A stretch of 40,490 nt of DNA from an uncultured Alphaproteobacteria bacterium (GTDB lineage Bacteria; Pseudomonadota; Alphaproteobacteria; JAAXGF01): NCBI GenBank assembly GCA_964531525.1, contig CAZHDF010000006.1, positions 1-40,490 of the forward strand, in the 5' to 3' direction. Both the position numbers and the translations under genes were made by a program. The notes beneath the pieces were generated by a model. The model was not told the origin of the DNA, made no database searches, and was given only the letters and a program-made list of their open reading frames with translations. Positions 10,801 to 18,391 of the stretch are shown here, in pieces. How positions within the stretch are numbered: position 1 is the stretch's first letter; every line of letters starts with the position of its first letter.

Positions 10801-11298
10801 GTCAGTCGGCAGACCCACAGCACGCAGAATGATCCCAAGCGTTGCCTCCGCCGGATCGGTCGGTCCGGTGCCGAGAGTGTCGCCTGCTGCAACCGCACCG
10901 CCCATCCGCGTAGTGGCGGTGCGCAACTCCTTCAGTGGGGCTGCAACTTCGGGAGGAAGATGCGGAATCAGCCCTTCCGCGGTGGCCCCATCGGGAAACT
11001 GGATATTGGTCCAAAGGGCTGCGAGCATGCTCGCAAGGTGGGATTTACCGGATCCGTAAAAGCCGGAAATCCAGACAGCCGGCGCATTGCTTCCTTTCCC
11101 TGCAGAGGCCAGAAATGCCTCCAGGATACGCGCCAGCCCGTTCGCATAGGCGCCGTCACAAACAAACGTCGAAAGCTCGCCGCGAAGCGTCTCCATCGCC
11201 TCGTCCGACGGCGGGAAGGAAATCTTCGCAACGCCTTGGTTCGCAAGCCGATATTGGTTGGGATCCGTCTGGAATGTATCTTTGTTCAACATAGGCAT
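7876..11298 (-). CDS. brxC: BREX system P-loop ATPase BrxC
   Basis: LANQGVAKI, Walker A WISGFYGSGKSH, Walker B LIVLDEVQQ, YGWPQDAVDG. Start re-placed at ATG 11298 after a GAGAGG RBS. Confidence 0.92.
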   Translation of the reverse strand: MPMLNKDTFQTDPNQYRLANQGVAKISFPPSDEAMETLRGELSTFVCDGAYANGLARILEAFLASAGKGSNAPAVWISGFYGSGKSHLASMLAALWTNIQFPDGATAEGLIPHLPPEVAAPLKELRTATTRMGGAVAAGDTLGTGPTDPAEATLGIILRAVGLPTDLRAAQVALWLASLDILDDVRNYLGSTFEVDIRNFILSPRFAAAVLKAKPDLANDAHELSSKLQTQFPEPPPVDVSLLEDMGRQALMLGRKELPLTLIVLDEVQQFIRQDPALTLKIQTIAERLSSRFDGRVLLVATGQQALSDVRDLQKLLDRFPVQIALGEADVDTVIRKTVLRKKPSAEPEIRKMLEQHSGEISRHLRGSRLAHTVQDEGDAVLDWPLLPSRRRVWERILRELDRTGLGGTLRGQLRTTLDAARTYADRPLGHAVPADFLYSRFATEAFNAGLLPAETRNQIEALRAGNGDDPLKARILMLVYMLGRIAPEADHHGVRTQAETIADLLVVDLAGEPELRRKVPALLQELQDDGAVIEVSGEWRLQTKESAEWEAAYRAEEKAVLADPSAISRRRRDLLDQAIDSALAGAASVPHGASRQQRRIHRLQHDEKAPSDGVILRLHNGWDEDIGAVEKEIAAAPATDATIHLLIPHHRREDLARALTTQRAAEHVIQIKGVPQTDAGREAQSAMQSRADKAAAAAREILEEAVAQARIMQAGGQTITGTSAEAVKEAAKNALARLYPKFADGDHAGWGKVLDRARRKDPDALRAVDHANAPEAHPVCKALLADLGPGRKGSDLRAKFTGLDYGWPQDAVDGALTVLANAGLVRVTGEDGKPVSLPDLPRAKIGPCTFRAETTVVTVTQRLAVAGLLTEAGVPFEKGQEAFALTALLDRLESLAKSAGGEPPAPEAEQVPNITTLRTLSGNDLLVALATDAQTLRAKLKDWRAAAQKIDKRLPSWHLAQRLVELGATDRASDLETVRQERSLLADPDPVPPIVAAAADALRAHLNAAHAAWEKAWEIGGERLANDATWNRLTPEQKHDIRRDVGLLMVEKPTVDTPDAIAGALSLRGLSEWDNMTKALPTRIEEALAQAAALLEPTARTVTLPGGLLKSEADLDTWLETLRKRIKAALADGPVIPKV

Positions 11299-11308
11299 CG
11301 CCGGCCTC

Positions 11309-11854
11309 TCACAACGCGTTTTCCGGTGGGATTGGCACGGCGTGGTAATTCCAGCCATCCCTTGCATCGAGAAGGCGGTAAACACCGCCGCTGTGTTTTC
11401 CTGGAAAGCCGATTAGCATACGGCCCGGAATTGCCGCTGCGACGTGGCTGAGAAGCGTGGAGATGCGAACCAAGCCAAACAGTGCACCGCATCCATCGAC
11501 CGCTAATACATCGCTAGCCGAGCATGTCTCCAGTTCTTTGCGAATAGTGCTCGCCAAGTACTCTTCGTATTCCGGAAGCAACCCGCGAATCTCCTTTGGC
11601 TGACGCAGGAGCGGTTCGAAGAATTCGTGTGTCGCAATCCATCGCCCGAAGGTGGGCGCAATGTCGACTTGGTGCCATCCGTGCCCCGCGGCGATGGTGG
11701 CGTGCTCAAACTCGCTCAGGCGAGCCGTCAAACGCCGCTGCATTGTCTTATCGTACCAAACGATCCAAACCCGCCCAGCCGGTGACACGTCGTTTTGCCA
11801 GGGGAGTTGGACATGGCGCTGATAGGCACGGAGGATGTCATCGAAGCTGTGCAA
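11309..11854 (-). CDS. brxB: BREX BrxB (DUF1788 family)
   Basis: 181 aa; GRMLIGFPG...YRLLDARDGWNYHAVPI C-terminus; lies between brxA and brxC. Confidence 0.85.
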   Translation of the reverse strand: MHSFDDILRAYQRHVQLPWQNDVSPAGRVWIVWYDKTMQRRLTARLSEFEHATIAAGHGWHQVDIAPTFGRWIATHEFFEPLLRQPKEIRGLLPEYEEYLASTIRKELETCSASDVLAVDGCGALFGLVRISTLLSHVAAAIPGRMLIGFPGKHSGGVYRLLDARDGWNYHAVPIPPENAL

Positions 11855-12626
11855 GTTCCGAAACCCCTAGTGTTGTCGACATCGGCTGGCGAACGGAGAC
11901 CTCCAGAACATCACCAGCCGACCGTACGCGCGCTAGGCCGTGGCCCTCTGCCTGGCGCAGCAGATCGAAGGCCCGGTCCCTCGACACGTCGAGGACTTGC
12001 ATCCAGCCCGAATCGAGGAGTGCCGGCCCACCAAATCCGCATACCGTTGCGATGAGCGCGGCATAGGCTGCGGTGCAAGGAGTCGGCTCGGCCCGCACGC
12101 GTTGCTTCTTAACCGCCCCACGCAAGTGACCGCTCTGCGTCCAGGTGGACGCGCAATTTTGGGCCAGGGACTTCAGCATCTTAGGGCTGAAGCGGCCCGG
12201 AAATCTTTGTTCGAACACCGAAGCAAAGGCGGGCCACCGTACGGCTATGCCGACCGGAGCATCAAGGACGGGTTTCGCCGTATCGCGCAAGAGCGGATCG
12301 CGAGCCAGAGCGCAGAGAAGGGCAAAAATGGGCCGCCCTGTTGGGTCCAGCTTCCACAGTGCCACGAGCGTTCTTGTGATCGCCGGCATTGCTTCGATGG
12401 AATACAGTGCGTTCAGGTGGCGAAACGTCAGATGACGGGTTGATTCCGTCCGTTTGTTCAAGATGTTGGCATCGACGATCAAGGAGCGCGCTCGCGTCGG
12501 GGTCGCCTCGGGGCAATCCAGGTAAGCGCTTATCTCCTGAAGCATCATGGTCTTAGATTGATGAGTGCCCCCACCGCCGACTCGGATGCCGAATTCCTCC
12601 GCTTGTCGAAGGTCGGCGTGCGGCAT
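11838..12626 (-). CDS. brxA: BREX BrxA-like DNA-binding protein
   Basis: GGTHQSKTMML, LCALARDPLLR, AQNCASTWTQSGHLRG; first gene of the BREX operon. Start uncertain: ATG 12626 chosen because the longer ORF overlaps the helicase remnant. Confidence 0.75.
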   Translation of the reverse strand: MPHADLRQAEEFGIRVGGGGTHQSKTMMLQEISAYLDCPEATPTRARSLIVDANILNKRTESTRHLTFRHLNALYSIEAMPAITRTLVALWKLDPTGRPIFALLCALARDPLLRDTAKPVLDAPVGIAVRWPAFASVFEQRFPGRFSPKMLKSLAQNCASTWTQSGHLRGAVKKQRVRAEPTPCTAAYAALIATVCGFGGPALLDSGWMQVLDVSRDRAFDLLRQAEGHGLARVRSAGDVLEVSVRQPMSTTLGVSELAQLR

Positions 12627-12678
12627 AAGCCAGTTGTCGGGTGAAGGATCAATGACTTCCAAGACTGTCTCTTTCGGT

Positions 12679-13008
12679 TCAATCGCTTTCGAAAATTGCT
12701 GCACCCGTGGTCGCCCCGTCCTGGTGTTTGTGGAGCCGTAGCGGTCCGCCCTCAGAATCGGCGTCCTTACCAAGCCGAAAGATTTTCTGACATTCGGCGT
12801 CGAGCACACCGTCCTTCACGAGGTCGTCGACATATCCGCCGAGTACGAAGTTAGGATTGATCTGAATAAGTGGCGTCGGCCAGAAATACTGCTGGCCGTA
12901 CACTTCGTCCACATACACCTTTATGTCGGGCGCATCGAGCTTGGTGAAGCCGCGCGAAAACCGTTCGTAGTCGGCGATTACTCGGTCCCTGAACTTGAAG
13001 ACGTCCAT
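12679..13008 (-). pseudogene. Truncated N-terminus of a large defence-associated DEAD/DEAH-box helicase
   Basis: Good RBS (GAAGAGG). MDVF..RD.VI.DY..F...WP.PLIQINPNF..GG.V.DLV..G.L...C..IF is typical of large DUF1998-type helicases. The ORF stops just after the Q-motif (LHKHQ), before any Walker A. Confidence 0.7.
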
Positions 13009-13334
13009 TAGATCCTCTTCGCCCCCTGTCGCTCATCACCCAACTAGGCGTTCCCCCGCCTTGCTCAGCCGAAAGCCCTGTCCATAGGCCCGTTAGAGGT
13101 GCGAGCCTCTTGGTGACGGCTTGCCACGTCGCCCAATCCTTACGGACCTTCCCACCCGCAGTGTGCCGTACGATGGCCAAAGCTGCGATACTCGGTGCGC
13201 CTGTGTTTGGTATACTTAGGTGACAAAAATTCCCTGTTTTCGAGAACAACCTTCATGGTACTATACCCACATCCTAAGGCAAGCCCTCTTGCCACAAAGG
13301 GCAGAAGTATACTTTCATGCACTGAATTCTCAAA

Positions 13335-14183
13335 ATGGAGGATTTTCTGTCAGTGCGATATACCTCTCTCTCATCTGAGCCCAGAATGAGACGAAGCGCC
13401 GGAAGAGACAAGCTCGCCAGCGTCCTGCGCCGCGCTGGCGACTTGGTGACCATTGAAGATGCCGCTGGAGCTCTCGGTGTGTCGCGGCAAGAGGCGGCAA
13501 AGACCCTGTGGCGTTGGAGCCGCCAAGGCTGGCTCAGGCATTTGCGGCGCGGCCTCTACGCCCCCGTTCCACTCGATGCGGTGTCCCAGGAACAGGTTCT
13601 CCCCGAGCCGTGGATTCTCGTCCCGGAGCTTTTTGATCCAGCGTACATCGGGGGTTGGTCAGCAGCCGAGCACTGGGACCTGACGGAGCAGGTGTTCCGC
13701 AGTGTGCTGGTCTATACGGCGCGACCGGTAAGGCCGCGTGAGCAGACGATTCAGGGCATCCCCTTCGTTCTAAAACGTGTCAAACTCGACAAGATCTTTG
13801 GTGTCCGTCCTGTCTGGCATGGGAAGGTAAAGGTCCAGGTTTCTGATGTTCACCGGACGGTCGTCGACATGCTGGACGACCCACGCGTCGGCGGCGGCAT
13901 CCGGCACGTAAGTACTTGCCTCAAGAACTACCTAGCATCAAAGCAAGCCGATGTGCCCAAGCTCATCAAGTATGCTGACCGGCTTGGCAATGGCGCGGTT
14001 TTCAAGCGAATGGGTTTCATCCTGTCACAAATGGATGCGGATGAGGAGCTCTTGGAGAGCTGCCGTTCGCGTCTCACCACCGGCAACGCCAAATTGGATC
14101 CGGCTCTGCCATGCCGCAGGCTCGTAAAGAAGTGGCGCCTCTGGATCCCGAAGACCTGGGAGGAGACGCCGCCACGTGATTGA
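13335..14183 (+). CDS. abiEi: Type IV toxin-antitoxin AbiEi-family antitoxin / transcriptional regulator
   Basis: N-terminal wHTH (WLRHLRRGLY), YIGGWSAAEHWDLTEQ, SDVHRTVVDML, GNGAVFKRMG; overlaps the downstream AbiEii gene. Alternative start ATG 13386. Confidence 0.88.
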   Translation: MEDFLSVRYTSLSSEPRMRRSAGRDKLASVLRRAGDLVTIEDAAGALGVSRQEAAKTLWRWSRQGWLRHLRRGLYAPVPLDAVSQEQVLPEPWILVPELFDPAYIGGWSAAEHWDLTEQVFRSVLVYTARPVRPREQTIQGIPFVLKRVKLDKIFGVRPVWHGKVKVQVSDVHRTVVDMLDDPRVGGGIRHVSTCLKNYLASKQADVPKLIKYADRLGNGAVFKRMGFILSQMDADEELLESCRSRLTTGNAKLDPALPCRRLVKKWRLWIPKTWEETPPRD

Positions 14184-15582
14184 CCGGCGTGAAATTCTCG
14201 AGCTTGCTGGCGAGCTCGGCCTTCGCCCGGATATTGTCGAGAAGGACTACGTCCTCGGATGGCTACTGGCTGGTATTGCCGCCCATTCCGCGCTCGGCAA
14301 CGCCTGGGTCTTCAAGGGCGGCACTTGTCTCAAGAAGTGCTACTTCGAGACTTACCGTTTCTCGGAGGATCTGGATTTCACGGTCGAGGATGACGGCCAG
14401 CTGGACGAGGAATTCCTTCGCGACGCGTTCGGCGAGGTTGCGGAATGGATCTACGACCACACTGGTATCGAGATTCCGGTCGACCAGCTTCGCTTCGAGC
14501 TTTACCGGAACCTGCGGAACGCCCTCAACTGCGAGGGACGCGTTTACTACCGCGGTCCTCTCCAGCCCGGCGGTAGTCTCCCCCGGATCAAACTCGATCT
14601 CACTGCCGACGAACGACTGGTGCGTCCGCCCGACCAGCGGCTTGTCGCCCATCCTTATACGGACGGCCCTGAAGACGGCATAACCGTCCGCTGTTATGCG
14701 TTCGAGGAGGTGTTCGGCGAGAAGATCCGTGCCTTGGGCGAGCGTGCTCGACCAAGGGATCTTTATGACGTTATCAATCTCTTCCGGAATGAAGAGTTCC
14801 GTCCAGCCGCGTCGTCGATCCTCGACGTCATCCGAGAGAAGTGTGATTTCAAGGGCGTACCGGTTCCGAGCCTTACAGCGCTCGAGAGGTTCAGAGATGA
14901 GCTGGCAGGTGATTGGAAGGCCATGCTCGGTCACCAGCTGCCGACACTCCCGCCTTTCGAAACGTTCTGGTCCGCGCTTCCAGAGTTCTTCGCATGGCTT
15001 GAGCGGGGCACGATACCCGCCGTTCCGGCAGGAATCCAGATCGGGGCGGGCGAAGAAGTGGTGCGTGCGCCGGCAAGAGGTCTTGACGTGGGGGGCGGCA
15101 GCGCCGGTGTCCTTGAGATCTTTCGGTTTGCGGCTGCCAACAGGCTGTGCGTTGACTTGAATTACGGCGGATCTGTGCGTCGGGTCGAGCCGTATTCTCT
15201 GCGCAGGACGCTTGACGGGAACTTGGTTTTGCACGCCCTCCGGGCTGATACCGGCGAGCACCGGAGTTATCGTGTCGACCGGATACAAGGGGCTAGGGCG
15301 ACAGACCAGGCGTTCGTCCCGAAATACGCGATCGAATTGACGCCCATGGGACCTCTGCCGGTGTTGCCGACGACGAGAGGAACTGGGGTAGCGCGACCCT
15401 CGGTTCCCAGAACATCCCGGAGGTCGACCCGCCATTCAGGACCGGTTTACGTCTACGAGTGCGGGATATGCGGTAAGAGGTTCAAGCGCACAAAACAGGA
15501 CTCCCGCCTGCGACCACATAAGACGAGGGACGGCTGGCAATGCTCCGGACGGACTGGGTGGCTGGTCGATACGCGATATTGA
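14176..15582 (+). CDS. abiEii: AbiEii/AbiGii-family nucleotidyltransferase toxin fused to a WYL domain and a C-terminal Zn finger
   Basis: VEKDYVLGWLL, FKGGTCLKKCY, RFSEDLDF, EKIRAL..R.RPRDLYD (NTase); RLCVDLNY..SVRRVEPYSL..HRSYRVDRI (WYL); YECGICGKRF..HK..WQC (C2HC). Confidence 0.88.
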   Translation: MIDRREILELAGELGLRPDIVEKDYVLGWLLAGIAAHSALGNAWVFKGGTCLKKCYFETYRFSEDLDFTVEDDGQLDEEFLRDAFGEVAEWIYDHTGIEIPVDQLRFELYRNLRNALNCEGRVYYRGPLQPGGSLPRIKLDLTADERLVRPPDQRLVAHPYTDGPEDGITVRCYAFEEVFGEKIRALGERARPRDLYDVINLFRNEEFRPAASSILDVIREKCDFKGVPVPSLTALERFRDELAGDWKAMLGHQLPTLPPFETFWSALPEFFAWLERGTIPAVPAGIQIGAGEEVVRAPARGLDVGGGSAGVLEIFRFAAANRLCVDLNYGGSVRRVEPYSLRRTLDGNLVLHALRADTGEHRSYRVDRIQGARATDQAFVPKYAIELTPMGPLPVLPTTRGTGVARPSVPRTSRRSTRHSGPVYVYECGICGKRFKRTKQDSRLRPHKTRDGWQCSGRTGWLVDTRY

Positions 15583-15602
15583 TCTTCGCTGCATGCAAAA
15601 AA

Positions 15603-16880
15603 ATGGGTGAGTTGAGCGACGCATATAAACAAAGATGGCCAGTGCTCCAGCGCGCACGCCAAATACTGGAATCCATCCTCAAAGACGTCGTAGCAGCGAT
15701 CGAAGACAAGACGTTGGTACGAGCTGATGTGCGCTCTGTCCGTATTAAGGATCTTCCCAGCCTTGAGCGAAAGTCCCAAGAGAATGGATGGAAGGCGGCC
15801 GAAGCCCTATCGCGCTGCGGCGACCTTATTGGGGGGCGAGTGGTCTGTAACAATATCGAAGACGTCTACCGATTCGCCGAACTGTTGAAAGAGCGTCTTC
15901 CAAGTCCATTCGGCGAATTTGAGGTGCAGGACTACATCAAGAACCCCATCGACGGCGGCTATCGGGCGCTCCACGTGAACTTCAGGCTGGATGTCGGTGA
16001 GCATCCCTTCAAGCCGGATCTCGTGCCTTGCGAAGTGCAAATTCGCTCGAGCCTTCAGGACGCCTGGGCGGAGCTGTCTCACGACGACATCTACAAACAA
16101 CCAGACCTTCCTGAGGACCTGCGCGCAAGGGCTAATGACCTCGCGGAGGTATTGGCAGCTGCGGACAAGATCGCGAGCGATATCCGCTTGCGGGTGAGGC
16201 AAGAAACCATTCCCCCGGTGCAACGTCCTGACCTTGCTCGCGTATCACAGGATGGGCTGGCGTTCATTTTCAAGGATGTTTTTGGCCGGTCGCCACCTGA
16301 CTACGTAGTCAGGCGGGGCCTAAACCTCTGCCGCGATCTCGGTATCGTATCTCTGGAGCAGCTTCCCGAGGTCCTGGGGCGCGGGGAATTTCGGGACAAA
16401 GTTGCAGAGGCTTATCGGTCGATCATGGGAGTGTCAATCGGGGTTGAGGATGTCTTTCTCGCCTCGCTGTACGCACTGGCCAAAGGCGATTCCCGAGCGA
16501 TAGCGCAGGTCCGACGTAATGCTCGCCGCGAGTGGCGCGAGATAGAACAGTTTGCGAGAAGGGAGATGCTTGCCTCGCTGCCTCCAACAATCGAAGAGCT
16601 AATAGCTCGGTTGGAAGATACAAGCGCTGAAGCTGACGTCGAAGGGTGGGCGGAAGCCCTAGGAGCTACCGGTGAATGCGGCATTTGCGGCACGATGATT
16701 ATTGACCCCTTCTCTTTTGCGGAGGCCGCAGTGCAGCACTATGAAATATCCGGAGATGACGCCGACGATGCCCACGAGCGAATCGAAACAGCCATACGTG
16801 CATCCGGAGTTGAGATCGGCGGATGGGGCGATGGTTCTCTTTGCGCCTACCACAACGAGCAAGCAGCGAAAGACGACTGA
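15603..16880 (+). CDS. RelA/SpoT synthetase-domain protein (small alarmone synthetase/toxSAS-like) with C-terminal extension
   Basis: RIKDLPSLERK, DLIGGRVV, GYRALHV, EVQIRSSLQDAWAELSHDDIYK. No HD hydrolase domain. C-terminal CGIC...CAYH. Start re-placed at ATG 15603. Confidence 0.85.
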   Translation: MGELSDAYKQRWPVLQRARQILESILKDVVAAIEDKTLVRADVRSVRIKDLPSLERKSQENGWKAAEALSRCGDLIGGRVVCNNIEDVYRFAELLKERLPSPFGEFEVQDYIKNPIDGGYRALHVNFRLDVGEHPFKPDLVPCEVQIRSSLQDAWAELSHDDIYKQPDLPEDLRARANDLAEVLAAADKIASDIRLRVRQETIPPVQRPDLARVSQDGLAFIFKDVFGRSPPDYVVRRGLNLCRDLGIVSLEQLPEVLGRGEFRDKVAEAYRSIMGVSIGVEDVFLASLYALAKGDSRAIAQVRRNARREWREIEQFARREMLASLPPTIEELIARLEDTSAEADVEGWAEALGATGECGICGTMIIDPFSFAEAAVQHYEISGDDADDAHERIETAIRASGVEIGGWGDGSLCAYHNEQAAKDD

Positions 16881-16898
16881 GATCGTCTGGAGATGAGG

Positions 16899-16913
16899 TA
16901 ATCGGGTTGGCTC
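16899..16913 (+). repeat. IS1111-type left subterminal inverted repeat TAATCGGGTTGGCTC
   Basis: Exact reverse complement of 18338-18352. Confidence 0.9.
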
Positions 16914-17015
16914 TTGGGTGATGAACCGGTGACGGCAGGGTGGTTGTCCTCCAAGCTGGCGCGTACGGGGTCGGAATAGTCCGCCCCAAGCAAGCTGTGC
17001 AAGAGGAGGACAACC

Positions 17016-18059
17016 ATGAAGCATTATGTGGGATTGGACGTTTCATTGAAAGAGACGTCGATCTGCGTCGTCGATGAGAAGCGCAGCGTGGTGAAGGAAG
17101 GGAAGGTGGCGTCGGAGCCGGAAGCGATTGCCGGTTTGCTCGAGCGAACGGGTCTTCGGATCGAGTTGGTCGGATTGGAAGCCGGCTCCTTGGCCCCGGC
17201 GCTCTATCATGGGCTTGTCGCCTCGGGGCTTCCGGCCGTGTGCATCGACGCACGTCACATGAAGGGGGTAACGGCGGCGATGCCGGTGAAGACGGACCGC
17301 ATCGATGCCCGCAACATCGCCTGGGCGATGCACACCGGCTGGTACAAGGCAGTCCACGTCAAGAGTTTCGGCACGCACAAGCTGCGGATGGTTCTGCGCA
17401 GCCGGAAGTTCCTGGTGAAGCTGCGCGTCGACGTCGACAATCACATTCGCGGGGTTTTGAAGGCGTTCAATCTCAAGGTTGGCAAGGTCTGCCCGAAATC
17501 TTTCGAGAAGCGGGTGCAGGAACTCGTCGCCGGCGACGGCGACATCGAGGCCGTCATCGAAACCCTTCTGGATACCCGAAGGGACATTCTCCGGCGGCTT
17601 GACGTGCTGCATGGGATGGCTCTTTCCGCCGCTAAGGGGGATGAAGTGTGCCGCCGACTGATGACCGTGCCGGGCGTCGGCCCGCTGACCGCGTTGGCGT
17701 TCTGCACCGCGGTCGAGGACCCGCGGCGTTTTGCCAAGTCATCCCTGGTCGGCGCCTACCTCGGCCTGACGCCCCGGAAGTACGCGTCCGGAGAAACCGA
17801 CAGAACGGGCCACGTCAGCAAGTGCGGCGACCGGATGGTGCGGTCGCTCTTGTGCGAGGCGGCGAATGTGCTGCTCACCCGGGTGAGTAAGTGGAGCTGG
17901 CTGAAGCGCTGGGGCATGGAGGTGATGAGGCGCCGCGGCAAGATGCGGGCGCAGGTGGCAGTCGCCCGACGACTGGCTGTCATCATGCATCGTATGTGGA
18001 TGGACGGGACCGACTTCCGTTGGTCCAAGGACGTCGCCCCGGAAGCGATCACGGCATAG
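17016..18059 (+). CDS. IS110-family transposase/recombinase
   Basis: YVGLDVS (D), VGLEAG (E), KTDRIDA (DD), [20 protein letters not shown] (Ser loop), [18 protein letters not shown]; strong GAGGAGG RBS. Confidence 0.95.
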   Translation: MKHYVGLDVSLKETSICVVDEKRSVVKEGKVASEPEAIAGLLERTGLRIELVGLEAGSLAPALYHGLVASGLPAVCIDARHMKGVTAAMPVKTDRIDARNIAWAMHTGWYKAVHVKSFGTHKLRMVLRSRKFLVKLRVDVDNHIRGVLKAFNLKVGKVCPKSFEKRVQELVAGDGDIEAVIETLLDTRRDILRRLDVLHGMALSAAKGDEVCRRLMTVPGVGPLTALAFCTAVEDPRRFAKSSLVGAYLGLTPRKYASGETDRTGHVSKCGDRMVRSLLCEAANVLLTRVSKWSWLKRWGMEVMRRRGKMRAQVAVARRLAVIMHRMWMDGTDFRWSKDVAPEAITA

Positions 18060-18337
18060 AAAGGGGAGAAAAACATCAGGGTTCCGCTTCGCCGGGAAGC
18101 GTCCGGCAGGGACGCAGGGGCTTGGCGACATCGACGAACCTTCTGTGGCGTAGACCCGGATAAGAGTCAAACGACCACGTATCTTTGGAGATTGATGTGC
18201 CGGTTCCCGATCTGGCCTCAACTTGCGGCGGCTCCCAACATCGCGCATGGGGCGCCGACTGCGGAAAGAAGAACGAGCCCTGCCCGGTTCGCAACCGGCC
18301 GATTGGTAGCCGGCTTGGGAGACAAAACCGTTGACAT
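18060..18337 (+). ncRNA. Putative bridge/seekRNA-encoding non-coding region of the IS1111 element
   Basis: Non-coding stretch between the transposase stop and the right IR, where IS1111 members encode their guide RNA. Contains short hairpins (e.g. CCGGTT-CGC-AACCGG). Transcript boundaries cannot be determined. Confidence 0.6.
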
Positions 18338-18352
18338 GAGCCAACCCGATTA
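18338..18352 (-). repeat. IS1111-type right subterminal inverted repeat GAGCCAACCCGATTA
   Basis: Exact reverse complement of 16899-16913; preceded by an outward-facing TTGACA at 18331-18336. Confidence 0.9.
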
Positions 18353-18391
18353 AAGAAGACGGTTCGACCCCGGCTCTTCTCCCTCCAGATC

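Larger units (their letters stand above)
16894..18356 (+). mobile_element. IS110-family insertion sequence, IS1111 subgroup
   Basis: DEDD transposase; perfect 15-bp subterminal IRs (16899-16913, 18338-18352); ~280-bp non-coding region downstream of the transposase; AGA at both junctions. Exact ends are uncertain by a few bases. Confidence 0.88.
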
